From NCBI GenBank assembly GCA_043745805.1, contig JAYTSD010000006.1, forward strand, positions 95,180-159,179: a DNA stretch of 64,000 nt, read 5' to 3'. Shown piece after piece: positions 50,308-61,000 of the stretch (position 1 is the stretch's first letter; every line of letters begins with the position of its first letter). Under the pieces are notes generated by a model, which worked only from the letters and a program-made list of their open reading frames with translations, had not been told where the DNA came from and did not search any database. The translations under genes were made by a program, and so were the position numbers. The stretch comes from Fibrobacteria bacterium. GTDB lineage: Bacteria > Fibrobacterota > Fibrobacteria > UBA11236.

Positions 50308-52776
50308 AGTGAAATAAAAACTCGCACCTTGATTGAGTTTGCTTTCGGCCCAAACTCGGCCACCGTGTCTTTTTACAATCCGCTCTACAATAGCTAGGCC
50401 GACACCGGTGCCTTCAAATTGATCGGCTCGATGTAAACGCTGGAACACCCCAAACATTTTGTGGACATATTGCATATCAAAACCTACGCCCTCATCTTTC
50501 ACATAATAAACAGTGGCCTCATCATTTTTTAAAACGCCAATAGTGATTTTTGCTTTAGGTTTTGTATGGGTAAATTTTAAAGCATTAGAAATCAAATTCG
50601 CAAACACTTGCTTAAGTAAAGTTGCATCGGCTTCACAAGAGGGTAAGTCTTCCACAATAATTTTCGTTTGCCATTGGGGAAAGTTTTCACGCATTTCCGA
50701 AACAATTTGCGGCAACATTTTTTTCAGGTCAATTGTTTTTTTGTTTATACTTAAACGATTTAATTGCGCAAAACGTAATAAGTCGTCAATAAGCTCGCCC
50801 ATCAATGATGAATTAGTATGAATGGAGCGCAAATACCGCGAGGCCTCAGTCGGTAAATTTAATTCTGAATCCTCTAATAAAATTTCGGCATAGCCATTCA
50901 TGGCCCTTAAAGGGGCACGCAGATCATGGGAAATGGTATATGAAAAGGCTTCCAATTCATGGATGGACGCTTCTAATTGAGTAGTCCTTTCGCGTACGCG
51001 CTGTTCGAGTTTCGCATTAAGTTCAAGAATTTCGGCAGCCGCTTTTTTTAAACTAGTAATATCATGTAAAACGAGTTGTATGGCTTTTTTGTCTTTAAAG
51101 TAAAAGGGACTTGCCCTCCACTCTACTTCAATCACACTTTCATCGGCACGTTGTAAGCGGATTTCCAATAGGGGAATATCTTGATGATCATTTTCTAAAG
51201 CCTGCATTTTGGGGCGTATAATATCTCTATCCTCGGGATGTACAATGTCAAGAATAGGCCATCCCACTAAGTCTTGCGAAGAGTTTGCATAAAACAAAAG
51301 CCCACCAGCCTTATTCGCAAATAAAATTTTTCCTTCGGCAACAATGAAAATGGCATCAGGGGAAAGCTCCACCAATTTGCGATAACGTTCTTCGCTTTCG
51401 GTAAAAGCCTTTTGTGAAAGCGCTCTTTCCGACACATCCATAGTTACACCGATAACACCAGTAACATTTTTGTTACTATCGAAAACCGGATGATGATGAC
51501 TTTCGAAAAACATACCGCCTATTTCGCCCGAAGAGTTAAAGGTTTCTCCAGCAAGGGCCCGTCGCATAACACCTATGATTCGTTCGTTTTCCTTATACAG
51601 GTCAAATACCGACTTACCGATTTGTTGTCCTGGTTTTAGTCCAAAAGCTTCTAACCCTTTACCTTCAGAAAGGGTAATGACGCCTTTAGGATCCAAAGCA
51701 TAAAGTATCATCGGCGTATTGGAGACCACGGTTTGCAAATTCGACTGACTATTAGCCAATTTTTCTTCGGTATAAAGTCTTACTAGCTCAGAGCTCACGC
51801 GCGTCGCAAAGGTGGTCAGTATGGCTTCGTTTTCTTTGGTCATTTGCATTTTGGTATCATGCAAAACCGCTAAAATGCCTAGGGGTTGCCCCTGTTTACT
51901 TAATAAGGGTACGCCCAAATAACTTTCTGCTTCTAATTCGGAAAGCAAAAGGTCATTTGTAAATTTGTGCTGAATTTCTTCACTATAAAAATGCAATTTA
52001 TTGGAGATTACGATTTCATGGGGTGTATTTTTAATGGCGAAGGTGAAGTTGGAGACGTATTGTGTTCCGGCCCAAATGGCTAAAGTTTTGATGTTGGAAG
52101 CATTTTCACTTAATTGGCCGACAAAGGCAAAACGTACTTGTAAGGCCTTGGCTAAATGACGCACCGCAGATTGAAAAAATTGATCCCCCGTATCCGCCGC
52201 GGTACCTGCAAAGATGGCTTGTAAAACTTCCGTATTGCGATTGCGCCTACTATTATCATAAACAAAGGTAGCGACTGCAGGGCCATCGAATAATTCAATC
52301 GGTACAATATTAACGGTTACTGGAAATTTATGCCCATCTTTTCTTAATACCTCGGCCTCCATTGTAGGCGGTAAAATTTCGCCCATGGCGCTGCGACGAA
52401 TTAAATCCGAAATATCGAAGCGTGAGCTAATATCCACATAATCTAATAATGAGATGCCTAATAAATTTTCGCTTTCTTGCAAGCCAATTAGTTTTCGACA
52501 AGCCTGATTAACCAAAAGAATTCGTCCCAAACGAGTAATCACTATTGCTTCGGGAACATTATTATAAAAGTGTAAAAAACGATTTTCTGATTTTTTTGCC
52601 GAGGCAATTAACTCGTTGACGGTAGTTTGGCTTTGGAATTGCTCCCATTCAAACGCTTTAATCTTTTGGAGTAAATGGTTTTTTTCTTTTTTGCTCACAT
52701 AAAAATAGGCCATACCTATTCCACTAACGAAACTTAAAAGTAGGCCTGTTATCCAATAAAAATTCATTTCAGGCAA
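50302..52776 (-). CDS. PAS-GAF-PAS-PAS sensor histidine kinase
   Basis: N-terminal TM, H-box FSYTISHDLRAPLR, NALKF, DEGVGF, GTGVGLAIV. Confidence 0.92.
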   Translation of the reverse strand: MPEMNFYWITGLLLSFVSGIGMAYFYVSKKEKNHLLQKIKAFEWEQFQSQTTVNELIASAKKSENRFLHFYNNVPEAIVITRLGRILLVNQACRKLIGLQESENLLGISLLDYVDISSRFDISDLIRRSAMGEILPPTMEAEVLRKDGHKFPVTVNIVPIELFDGPAVATFVYDNSRRNRNTEVLQAIFAGTAADTGDQFFQSAVRHLAKALQVRFAFVGQLSENASNIKTLAIWAGTQYVSNFTFAIKNTPHEIVISNKLHFYSEEIQHKFTNDLLLSELEAESYLGVPLLSKQGQPLGILAVLHDTKMQMTKENEAILTTFATRVSSELVRLYTEEKLANSQSNLQTVVSNTPMILYALDPKGVITLSEGKGLEAFGLKPGQQIGKSVFDLYKENERIIGVMRRALAGETFNSSGEIGGMFFESHHHPVFDSNKNVTGVIGVTMDVSERALSQKAFTESEERYRKLVELSPDAIFIVAEGKILFANKAGGLLFYANSSQDLVGWPILDIVHPEDRDIIRPKMQALENDHQDIPLLEIRLQRADESVIEVEWRASPFYFKDKKAIQLVLHDITSLKKAAAEILELNAKLEQRVRERTTQLEASIHELEAFSYTISHDLRAPLRAMNGYAEILLEDSELNLPTEASRYLRSIHTNSSLMGELIDDLLRFAQLNRLSINKKTIDLKKMLPQIVSEMRENFPQWQTKIIVEDLPSCEADATLLKQVFANLISNALKFTHTKPKAKITIGVLKNDEATVYYVKDEGVGFDMQYVHKMFGVFQRLHRADQFEGTGVGLAIVERIVKRHGGRVWAESKLNQGASFYFTL

Positions 52777-52822
52777 AGCATAGCATTCTCTTTTCCCTCG
52801 AACCAGATGTTATAATTAGCGT

Positions 52823-53350
52823 ATGAATTTATTTATCCGTCTGCTGAAGGTTATTTTTGGTCTAGTCATTAATAAAAAAACCTTGGGCCTTTTAGATATT
52901 TCCTCGGTTGCATTTCGGGTATGGCCGAATGATTTAGACATTAATGGCCACATGAATAATGGGCGTTATATGACCTTATTGGATTTGGGGCGCTTCGATT
53001 TATTATTTCGTATCGGTTTATTTTGGCCCGCTTTCCGTAAGCATTGGAATCCCATCTTAGGTTCTAGTCAAATACGTTTTCGGCGTTCCCTAACCCTAGG
53101 GCAAAAATTTTCCATGCACACACGCATTATTTGTTGGGATGAAAAATGGGTTTATTTAGAACAAAGAATTGAATCGCAAGGCCATCTGGTCACAATAGCG
53201 TATTTGAAGGGTATATTTCGTGGGCCTCAGGGCAATATTCCTATGCAAGAAGTGCTCACTTGCATTCCTTATAAAGAAGCGTCTCCACTTATGCCGGACA
53301 GCCTTAAAATGTGGTTAGAGGCTGAAGCAAAAATGGCGCAGGCGCTTTAA
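52823..53350 (+). CDS. Thioesterase (hotdog fold, 4HBT-like)
   Basis: DLDINGHMNNGRY..DLGR, RFRRSL, WDEKW. Confidence 0.85.
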   Translation: MNLFIRLLKVIFGLVINKKTLGLLDISSVAFRVWPNDLDINGHMNNGRYMTLLDLGRFDLLFRIGLFWPAFRKHWNPILGSSQIRFRRSLTLGQKFSMHTRIICWDEKWVYLEQRIESQGHLVTIAYLKGIFRGPQGNIPMQEVLTCIPYKEASPLMPDSLKMWLEAEAKMAQAL

Positions 53351-53383
53351 CCTCTTCCACTGCAATTAAAATGGCTTAAAGGT

Positions 53384-53815
53384 TTAAGCTTCGACTTCTT
53401 CGGAAAGATCGGGCGGTGGCATTTTCGGTTTTTTTTCATAAAAGCGAATCCAATCCGCCGCCTCTTTATAACGCTCATCTTCAGGATTTAGTTTTAACAG
53501 CTTATCGAGCACAATGGTTTTGGCGCTGGCGGGCTTTTCCATATTGTAAATGAATATCGAAGCTATTTGCCAAAGGGCATCTTCATGTTCTGGCTGCCAT
53601 TGTAAGACGGTTTCAAATTTCAATAGGGCTTGTTCATATTCTTCAATGGCGGTTTGGCATAAACCCCAATAGTAATAGCGGTTTGCGTCTTCATCCGATC
53701 CATTTAAGTTTTTTTTAAGATGATCCATGATCGATTGTAAAAGGCGCTCGGCTTTTTTGTCTTCGGAGTCGGCAAAGGCGTCATAAGCTTGATTCAATAT
53801 TTCTGCGTAATTCAT
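53384..53815 (-). CDS. Tetratricopeptide repeat protein
   Basis: YYYWGLC....EYEQALLKFETVLQWQP TPR pattern. Confidence 0.7.
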   Translation of the reverse strand: MNYAEILNQAYDAFADSEDKKAERLLQSIMDHLKKNLNGSDEDANRYYYWGLCQTAIEEYEQALLKFETVLQWQPEHEDALWQIASIFIYNMEKPASAKTIVLDKLLKLNPEDERYKEAADWIRFYEKKPKMPPPDLSEEVEA

Positions 53816-53869
53816 GGGTGAAAAATAGGTATTATATTAGGGTTTTTCTGTTTTGACGGTGGAGAGTTT

Positions 53870-54430
53870 ATGCAATTAAAGAAAAGTTGGATGCGCTTAG
53901 GCAAGAATTTGAGTTATATGGGGATATTATGGCTCGGGATTTTTGCATGTAGTCAAACCACTCCCAATCCACAAAATGAAGTTAAAAATTCAGATTCTCA
54001 TGAAGAGAGTTCGACTCTTAAGTCCGAAGCTCCTTTGCCTCGGGTCTTTAATCCTCCCTCCGAAACCGATAATTTATTAGATGCCAAAGCACTGCCGATT
54101 CCAGCGATTAAACCAGCCAGTAGCACACAAGTTACATCATCTACAGCCTCTATAAATACAGCTAATGCAGCGAGTACCACTAAAACTACCAATCCAATTT
54201 CCACAGGAAAATCAAATTATAGTATTCAACTTTTTGCCGATGCTAATTTGGAACAAGTACAAGCCAAAAAAATTGAATTGGAAAAACAGCTGAGTGCTAA
54301 AGTGGAAATGGTTTTTGACGCGCCATACTATAAATTGCGTTTTGGGAGTTTTGAAAGCAAACAAGAAGCTGAAGATAAGATTTTGGAAATCTCAGATTTG
54401 AACATTCAAGCTTTTGTGGTGCGTCAGTGA
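53870..54430 (+). CDS. SPOR domain lipoprotein
   Basis: Lipobox IFAC, S/T/P linker, YSIQL..PYYKLRFGSFESKQEAE..AFVV. Confidence 0.8.
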   Translation: MQLKKSWMRLGKNLSYMGILWLGIFACSQTTPNPQNEVKNSDSHEESSTLKSEAPLPRVFNPPSETDNLLDAKALPIPAIKPASSTQVTSSTASINTANAASTTKTTNPISTGKSNYSIQLFADANLEQVQAKKIELEKQLSAKVEMVFDAPYYKLRFGSFESKQEAEDKILEISDLNIQAFVVRQ

Positions 54431-54509
54431 TGGTTTTGAAATGGGTTCAGGCCCCCATACAGTTTACGATTAGCTACCTTTACGCGCTAAAATTTAGCAG
54501 GACTTGGCA

Positions 54510-56408
54510 ATGAGAAAATGGCGCATAGACGATTCGAAGGAGTTGTACAATATTAATGGCTGGGGTATTAATTATTTTAGCATCAATGATAAAGGACATG
54601 CTACTGTTAGTCCACTCAAAGAAAAGGGATTCGAAATAGATCTCAAAGAGGTTATGGATGAATTAACCATTCGTGACGTAACGGCTCCGGTACTCTTACG
54701 CTTTCCCGATATTTTGGATAATCGCATTGAACAAATTTCCAGTTGTTTTGAAGCGGCGGCGCGGGAATATGATTTTCGAGGAAAATACTTTAATGTATAT
54801 CCTATTAAAGTGAATCAACAAAGACCGGTGCTGGAAGAAATTGTACGGCATGGAGCGAAATTCAATATCGGCTTAGAAGCAGGTTCCAAGCCCGAATTAC
54901 ATGCAGTATTGGCGATTATGGATAATCCTGCTTCGCTGATTATTTGCAATGGGTATAAAGACGAAGAGTTTATTGAATTGGCTTTGCTTGCGCAAAAAAT
55001 GGGCAAGAAAATTTTTCTCGTAGTGGAAAAACTCAATGAATTGCGTCTCATTAAAAATGTGTCTAAGCGTTTAAATATCACGCCAAATATTGGCATTCGT
55101 ATTAAGCTCGCAAGTTCAGGCAGTGGTAAATGGGAAGATTCGGGTGGTGATCAAAGTAAATTCGGATTGAACTCCAGTGAATTACTCGATGCCATAAATT
55201 TTGCTAAAGAAGAAGGTATATCCGATAGCATTCAGCTCATTCATTTTCATTTGGGAAGCCAAATTACCAATATTCGTAAAATCAAGGCTGGCTTGCGCGA
55301 AGTGGGTCAGTTCTATGTGCAATTGCAAAATATTGGCTGCAATATTCAGTTTGTGGATATTGGAGGAGGCTTAGGAGTAGATTATGATGGTACTCGATCT
55401 ACTAGTGCGAGTAGTATTAATTATTCTATTCAAGAATATGCCAATGATGTGATTTATACTTTGGCAGGTGCCGCAGACAGCAACAAATTGCCGCATCCCC
55501 ATATTATCGCTGAATCAGGGCGTGCTTTAACCGCACATCATTCGGTTTTGATATTTAATGTTTTGGAAACCGCCGGTCAGCCGCAATGGGATGACCGCTT
55601 GCCAGCCATTGTTGAAAGCGATCCAGAAATTGTAAAAGATCTCAATTCCATTTACAAAGGTATTTCAAATGTGAATATGGTGGAAGCTTGGCATGATGCT
55701 TTGCAAATGCGTGAAGATGTACTCGACCGCTTTAATTTAGGCATTTTGGATTTGAAAACGCGCGCCATGGCCGAAAGATTATTTTGGTCTATTGCTAAAA
55801 AAGTGGATGTGATGGCGTCACAACTCAAGCGCCCTCCTTTTGAATTGCAAAATATTTCCAAACTCATGGCCGAAAAATACTTCTGTAATTTTTCGCTCTT
55901 TCAAAGCTTGCCAGATTCTTGGGCTATTGATCAGCTGTTTCCCATTATGCCGATTCAACGATTGGATGAAGAGCCTACGCAAAACGCCACTTTACAAGAC
56001 ATTACTTGCGATTCCGACGGTAAGGTGGATCATTTTATTCGCCAAGGCGAAATCTCTCATAGCTTGCCGGTGCATCCTTTAAAAGAAGGCGAGCCTTATT
56101 ATCTCGCGGTTTATTTGGTGGGCGCTTATCAGGAAATCTTAGGGGACTTACATAATCTTTTTGGCGATACCAATGCCGTGCATATTATTGTTAATGGCAT
56201 GGAAGGCTATAACATTGATAAAATTATTGATGGGGAATCCGTAGCCGATGTATTGGACTACGTGCAGTTCAGCGATAAAAATTTAGTCCGTACCATGGAA
56301 AGTTGGGTAAGCGCTTCGGTCAAAGAAGGTAAAATTTCCTTGCAAGAAGGCAAAGAATTTTTGGCCATTTATCGTTCAGGTTTATATGGTTACACTTATT
56401 TAGAGTAA
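54510..56408 (+). CDS. speA: Biosynthetic arginine decarboxylase
   Basis: VYPIKVNQ, GLEAGSKPEL, HFHLGSQ, DITCDSDG, GAYQEILGDLHNLFGD. Confidence 0.97.
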   Translation: MRKWRIDDSKELYNINGWGINYFSINDKGHATVSPLKEKGFEIDLKEVMDELTIRDVTAPVLLRFPDILDNRIEQISSCFEAAAREYDFRGKYFNVYPIKVNQQRPVLEEIVRHGAKFNIGLEAGSKPELHAVLAIMDNPASLIICNGYKDEEFIELALLAQKMGKKIFLVVEKLNELRLIKNVSKRLNITPNIGIRIKLASSGSGKWEDSGGDQSKFGLNSSELLDAINFAKEEGISDSIQLIHFHLGSQITNIRKIKAGLREVGQFYVQLQNIGCNIQFVDIGGGLGVDYDGTRSTSASSINYSIQEYANDVIYTLAGAADSNKLPHPHIIAESGRALTAHHSVLIFNVLETAGQPQWDDRLPAIVESDPEIVKDLNSIYKGISNVNMVEAWHDALQMREDVLDRFNLGILDLKTRAMAERLFWSIAKKVDVMASQLKRPPFELQNISKLMAEKYFCNFSLFQSLPDSWAIDQLFPIMPIQRLDEEPTQNATLQDITCDSDGKVDHFIRQGEISHSLPVHPLKEGEPYYLAVYLVGAYQEILGDLHNLFGDTNAVHIIVNGMEGYNIDKIIDGESVADVLDYVQFSDKNLVRTMESWVSASVKEGKISLQEGKEFLAIYRSGLYGYTYLE

Positions 56409-56454
56409 TGTATAGGTTACGGTAAGGAGGGCGTATCCCCCTGGCCTCGGCTTC

Positions 56455-56551
56455 GCGAGTTAACACGGTCACATTCGATAAGCTCAGTGACCGGGAACGC
56501 TTTTGGACACCGAGCTTATCGAATGTGACCGAAACGTAAGTGTTAACTCGC
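56455..56551. repeat. Nested inverted repeat (REP/BIME-like element)
   Basis: Outer 12-bp perfect IR (56455-56466 / 56540-56551); inner 24-bp IR with 1 mismatch (56466-56489 / 56508-56531). Confidence 0.75.
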
Positions 56552-56571
56552 ATGATCCTCATCCACCCCCT

Positions 56572-56934
56572 CTAATTCAAAGTATTCGGATTGTATTTGT
56601 TACCCCATACACTCATCGCCTTCATCATGGCTTTTAATTCTTTGCCGGATTCGGTGAGGCTATAGATGACATGAGGTGGAACCACAGGTTTTGCTTCTCT
56701 GAAAACGATTTTGTCCGCTTCCATTTGTTTTAAATGTTGAATGAGCATTTTTTCCGTAATGGCCGGAATCGCTTTCTTTAATTCACTGTATCTTTTTGCA
56801 CCCGATAGCAAACTGTAAATAATAAGAGCTTTCCATCGTCCCCCGATTTTGTCCAAGGTAAATGTCACGGGGCATACAGTGTGAATTTCCTTTTTGTTTT
56901 TTTGATTGGTAGATGAAACTTTTATAGCTGTCAT
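56572..56934 (-). CDS. HxlR-family winged-helix transcriptional regulator
   Basis: CPVTFTLDKIGGRWK, ITEKMLIQHLKQME, VPPHVIYSLT. Confidence 0.9.
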   Translation of the reverse strand: MTAIKVSSTNQKNKKEIHTVCPVTFTLDKIGGRWKALIIYSLLSGAKRYSELKKAIPAITEKMLIQHLKQMEADKIVFREAKPVVPPHVIYSLTESGKELKAMMKAMSVWGNKYNPNTLN

Positions 56935-56963
56935 AGGTACTTTCTGGTTTTTACCTTTATACA

Positions 56964-56993
56964 TACTTTAGGGTAAGTACTTGTATTTAAGTA
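56964..56993. promoter_or_regulatory. Two overlapping TACTT-N6-AAGTA palindromes, putative HxlR operator
   Basis: 56964-56979 and 56978-56993, between the divergent regulator and oxidoreductase. Confidence 0.55.
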
Positions 56994-57074
56994 AGTATAA
57001 AATATAACTTTGATTCAGTTAAAAGAAAGAACTTTTTCTTTCATAGAACAAATAAATTCAAATTAAGGACCACT

Positions 57075-57962
57075 ATGAAATTTATCATCACTGGATCATT
57101 GGGAAATATAAGCAAGCCACTTTCTGAGAGATTGGTAAAAGTGGGGCATGATGTAGTAGTCATTAGCTCAAGTGCAGACAAAAGGAGTGCCATAGAAGCA
57201 TTAGGCGCAAAAGCAGCTATCGGCTCGGTAGAGGATGTCGATTTTCTCACAACGCAATTTAAAGGAGCGGACGCGGTTTATACTATGGTACCTCCTAATT
57301 TTGCGGCTACAGACTGGAAAGGATATATCGGGAAAATAGGACAAAACTTTGCGAAAGCGATTCAGGCTTCTGGCGTAAAAAATATTCTAAATCTTAGTAG
57401 CGTCGGTGCGCATATGGAAGATGGATGCGGCCCCGTGTCTGGTATTTATAGAGTAGAGCACACCTTGAATGCATTGCAGGAAATTAATCTCGTGCATTTA
57501 CGCGCTGGATTTTTTTACAACAATTTATTTGCTAATCTGGGCATGATTAAAAATATGGGAATCATCGGTTCTAATTATGGTTCCAATACATTAATGGCAT
57601 TGGTAGATACTGCGGATATTGCGGCAGCTGCTTTTGAACAATTAAATACGCTTTCCTTTAAAGGGACTTCTGTTTTGTATGTAGTAAGCGATGTGAGAAC
57701 AAATGCAGACGTAGCAAAAGCGTTGGGTGCCGCCATAGGCAAAAATGATTTATCTTGGATGGAGTTTAAAGACGAAGATAGTTTAAACGCCATGGTAGGC
57801 ATGGGTTTGCCTGAAGAAATCGCCAAGAACTATGTTGAAATGGGCACTGCCTTGAGGAGCGGTTATATGACTAAAGATTATGAATCGAAAGGAAAACCTA
57901 TGAGCGGTAAAATGAAATTAGAGGATTTTGCTAAAGTTTTCGCTGCGGTTTACAATAAATAA
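57075..57962 (+). CDS. NmrA-like NAD(P)H-binding oxidoreductase
   Basis: ITGSLGNI Rossmann motif, GADAVYTM, LSSVGA, LRAGFFY, DIAAAA. Confidence 0.85.
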   Translation: MKFIITGSLGNISKPLSERLVKVGHDVVVISSSADKRSAIEALGAKAAIGSVEDVDFLTTQFKGADAVYTMVPPNFAATDWKGYIGKIGQNFAKAIQASGVKNILNLSSVGAHMEDGCGPVSGIYRVEHTLNALQEINLVHLRAGFFYNNLFANLGMIKNMGIIGSNYGSNTLMALVDTADIAAAAFEQLNTLSFKGTSVLYVVSDVRTNADVAKALGAAIGKNDLSWMEFKDEDSLNAMVGMGLPEEIAKNYVEMGTALRSGYMTKDYESKGKPMSGKMKLEDFAKVFAAVYNK

Positions 57963-57997
57963 GCTGTAATAATTAGCAGTAATATTTTTATTAATAG

Positions 57998-58017
57998 TGG
58001 CTAGAATTTTCTAGCCA
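57998..58017. terminator. Hairpin between convergent genes
   Basis: TGGCTAGA-ATTT-TCTAGCCA followed by TTTT. Confidence 0.55.
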
Positions 58018-58076
58018 TTTTATAGGCGAGAGGACATAAAAATTTAAGGTATACAAATTGGGAAAGCCACGTGTTT

Positions 58077-61000
58077 TTAAGGGTTTATCCAAACTTTGCC
58101 TTGTAAAGTCTCGGTTACCGTTCCTTTGCGGATACTTAAGTTAAGCAAGCCTAAACCGGAATTCATTTTTTGCCCTTCCGCCAAAGTAAGCGGAAGAATA
58201 TATTCGCCAGGACTGAAATTTTGCAAAGAGCTACGGTAAATTTGTTTTCCATTCAATGCCCATATAGTCCATTGAATCTCAGAATTTGCGGCAATTTTTA
58301 AATGCATTTCCCAAGTTTGCCCTTTGCTAATCAGTTGCCAAGCTAATGCGGACGGCGTCGAGGCGATGTTTTGCAATTTATTTTCTATTAAACTGGCAGG
58401 TCCGGCATAAATATCCAAAGTATCCAGCTGGCCCGGAACAGATAAGAGAGTGGAGTTTTTTTCCAAAGCGAGTTTCGTATTGCGTTTATGGGAAACGGCA
58501 GCGGCTACAAAATTTTCTGGCAATTGAAATTCTACCACAGGGATTTCTAAGGCTTGATTTTGTTTGCGACCATCGATAAGTAATGTCCAATGATGCAATT
58601 GGTCGGGTTTATAATTTAGCCAGTCGGTGTTTAACGCATGTCCTTCACGACTAATCCATACGGCATTACCGCGCGGGGAAGCTAAAAGCATTTCATCTTC
58701 TATAGCAAATTGATCGTGACCAAAATCAGCTGCACCTAATTCAATTGGCAATACGCTAGCAAAGCTTAAATGTAAAGGAATAACGGGCGCCATTGATTTT
58801 TTGGCAACTATCTTCGCTAGAGGATGAGGTAACAAGTTGATAACGGTATCTTGTAAGGCATTGGAATAAACTAAATAGCCACGCCAAGCCACTAAGCTAT
58901 CACTAAAATCATACGATCCCAAATGATAAGCATGCAGTCCTTTTACGCGGGCATTGGCATAGCTGTTCATGTTAGTGCGAGAAATGGGCCAATAAAGCGT
59001 GGTCAGTCCAGGATTACCGATTTGATTCCAGCCAGGATGGAGCGTAAAGCTATGCTTAGGCGTAGGGATGAGAACTTTTCCAAAACTAGCCTTTGTTACT
59101 GGGGCCGAAGTGGCTAGCCAATAGGCTTTTTGGTTTTCAAAACGATCTGTTTCCGTTAAAACCGGATAAATGTTTTGCTTAATATTCCATTCGGACCATG
59201 CGACAAGGTCGGTATTAAAAAGCGTTTTCAAACTCTTTACAGTAATGGCTGGAGCGGTAGAAAATGGCAAAGACACTAAGTCCCATGGGACATCGGTATT
59301 TTGGCCTAGATTCCAAGTTTGCGGAGGCGTTTGTAATTCATTAAGCCTTTGTGAGGTGATATAGTTTTCGCTCAAAGCTGCAGGAAAAAATCCCCAAAGT
59401 TTTTGATCGGATACTTTCAACTCTATCCAAAGCGGCTTATAATTTCCCGGAGGATTTTTGAGATTTACGGAAAAATTACTTTGAGCCGGTAAAAAATTAC
59501 TTTGCGCGGGCAAAGGGATTTTTTTCAAATTGCGCGAGCTATCATCGGACCTTTGTAAATCGAGTAGTAAATTAATCACATTGTCCTGTATGGAAAAAGA
59601 CAAATGGGTAGAATCTTGATCTCCAAAGGTTTCTTCCATAAGGGTAATTACTGGGGTGAGGGTATCCACGGCCACAAAATAAATACCTCCTTCTCGTAAA
59701 CTGGCGGTGTCATTCGACGTTTGATAATAAACATAGCCCAAAGAGGAGAGTCGATAAATATCTCGTGAATCATTGGGAGGCTGAATGAGATTTATCGAAT
59801 TAAATGTAAGCGTATTCTGTGCAGTAACACGAAAGACAAAGGATAAGTCTTTAAAACCTTTTATGTTTTTTAAACTATCCGGACTTAAAATCTCTATTTG
59901 GGCGGGCTCACCTTGGGGATTATTATGGGTAACTTTATAGTTACCTGGTGCGAGATACGTAGTGCCTGGGTTTAAGGTAATTAATTGGCCAGGAGTGAAT
60001 TTAAGAAATTCCCATTTTTGCGAAGGCCCTGCTTCTCCATTTTTAAAGGAATAAGCAATGAGCGTGTCACTATTAGCTAGCACAAGACTATCCTTGTATT
60101 TATAAAACCCAGGCTTACTTTTCCATTTATACCAAATAGAATCTATGGCGACTAAAGGTGACGTGAGTTTAATCGACAATGTTCGACTAAAGTTACTGCT
60201 TCCCGGAGGGCTTGCAGTAGGTGTTGGAAATACAATATTGAGTGGAACAGTTTTACTTTTAAGCTTGGCACTGCCATAATTTATTTGACAATAAAAAGTA
60301 GAACCACTATCGGCATAACGAGTAATGGGCAGGATATAAATTGAATCGGTTGCGCCTGCTATGAGAGCATTGTCTCTAAACCATTGATAAGTAAAAACAG
60401 AGTCACTTTTAACACCTATTTTAAAGGTTGCTTTTTGTCCCACTAAAATATTTTGCGAATCGGGCTGGGTAACAATATTGGGAGAATGATCAAAACTCCA
60501 TCCCGTATTTCCACCACTGTCAATACTTTGATAGGCTTTTGCCAATCCTTGAACCGTATTATTTTTTAAAACGGCAAACCGGACCTCGGCAGATCCTGTG
60601 CTTATATTTAAATTCCAAACTCCCTCTGAAGAGAGTTGTAGATAATGCCCTTCTCGCCCTTCCAAAACCGCTTTTACCGCGACAAAATTTGTAATGCGAT
60701 TTGCGATTTGAATATTGAGAATGCTTTTTTCATCCCCTTGTTGAACGATGAAATCACCTTGAGCCGTAAAGAAAAATCCTTGTAAATCCAATGAACCGGC
60801 TGTTTGGATAAAACTGGAGGTTAATAAGCCTCTATTGGTAATTTTTAACGATCCCGTTCCAGTATGCTCAATGGGTGGTAAAACTATGCTCGGATGGGTT
60901 TTAGTGAATGCTGCGGGCGGGTTTGCAGAAGGATGGCCGATACTCACAATTAATTGATCTTGTGAAGAGCTAAAGCGCAAGATTCCATTATTCCCTGGAA

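Noticed and set aside
56420-56571. Hammerhead ribozyme or tRNA in the structured intergenic region
   Set aside because: No CUGAUGA/GAAA core in proper context and no cloverleaf or T-loop.
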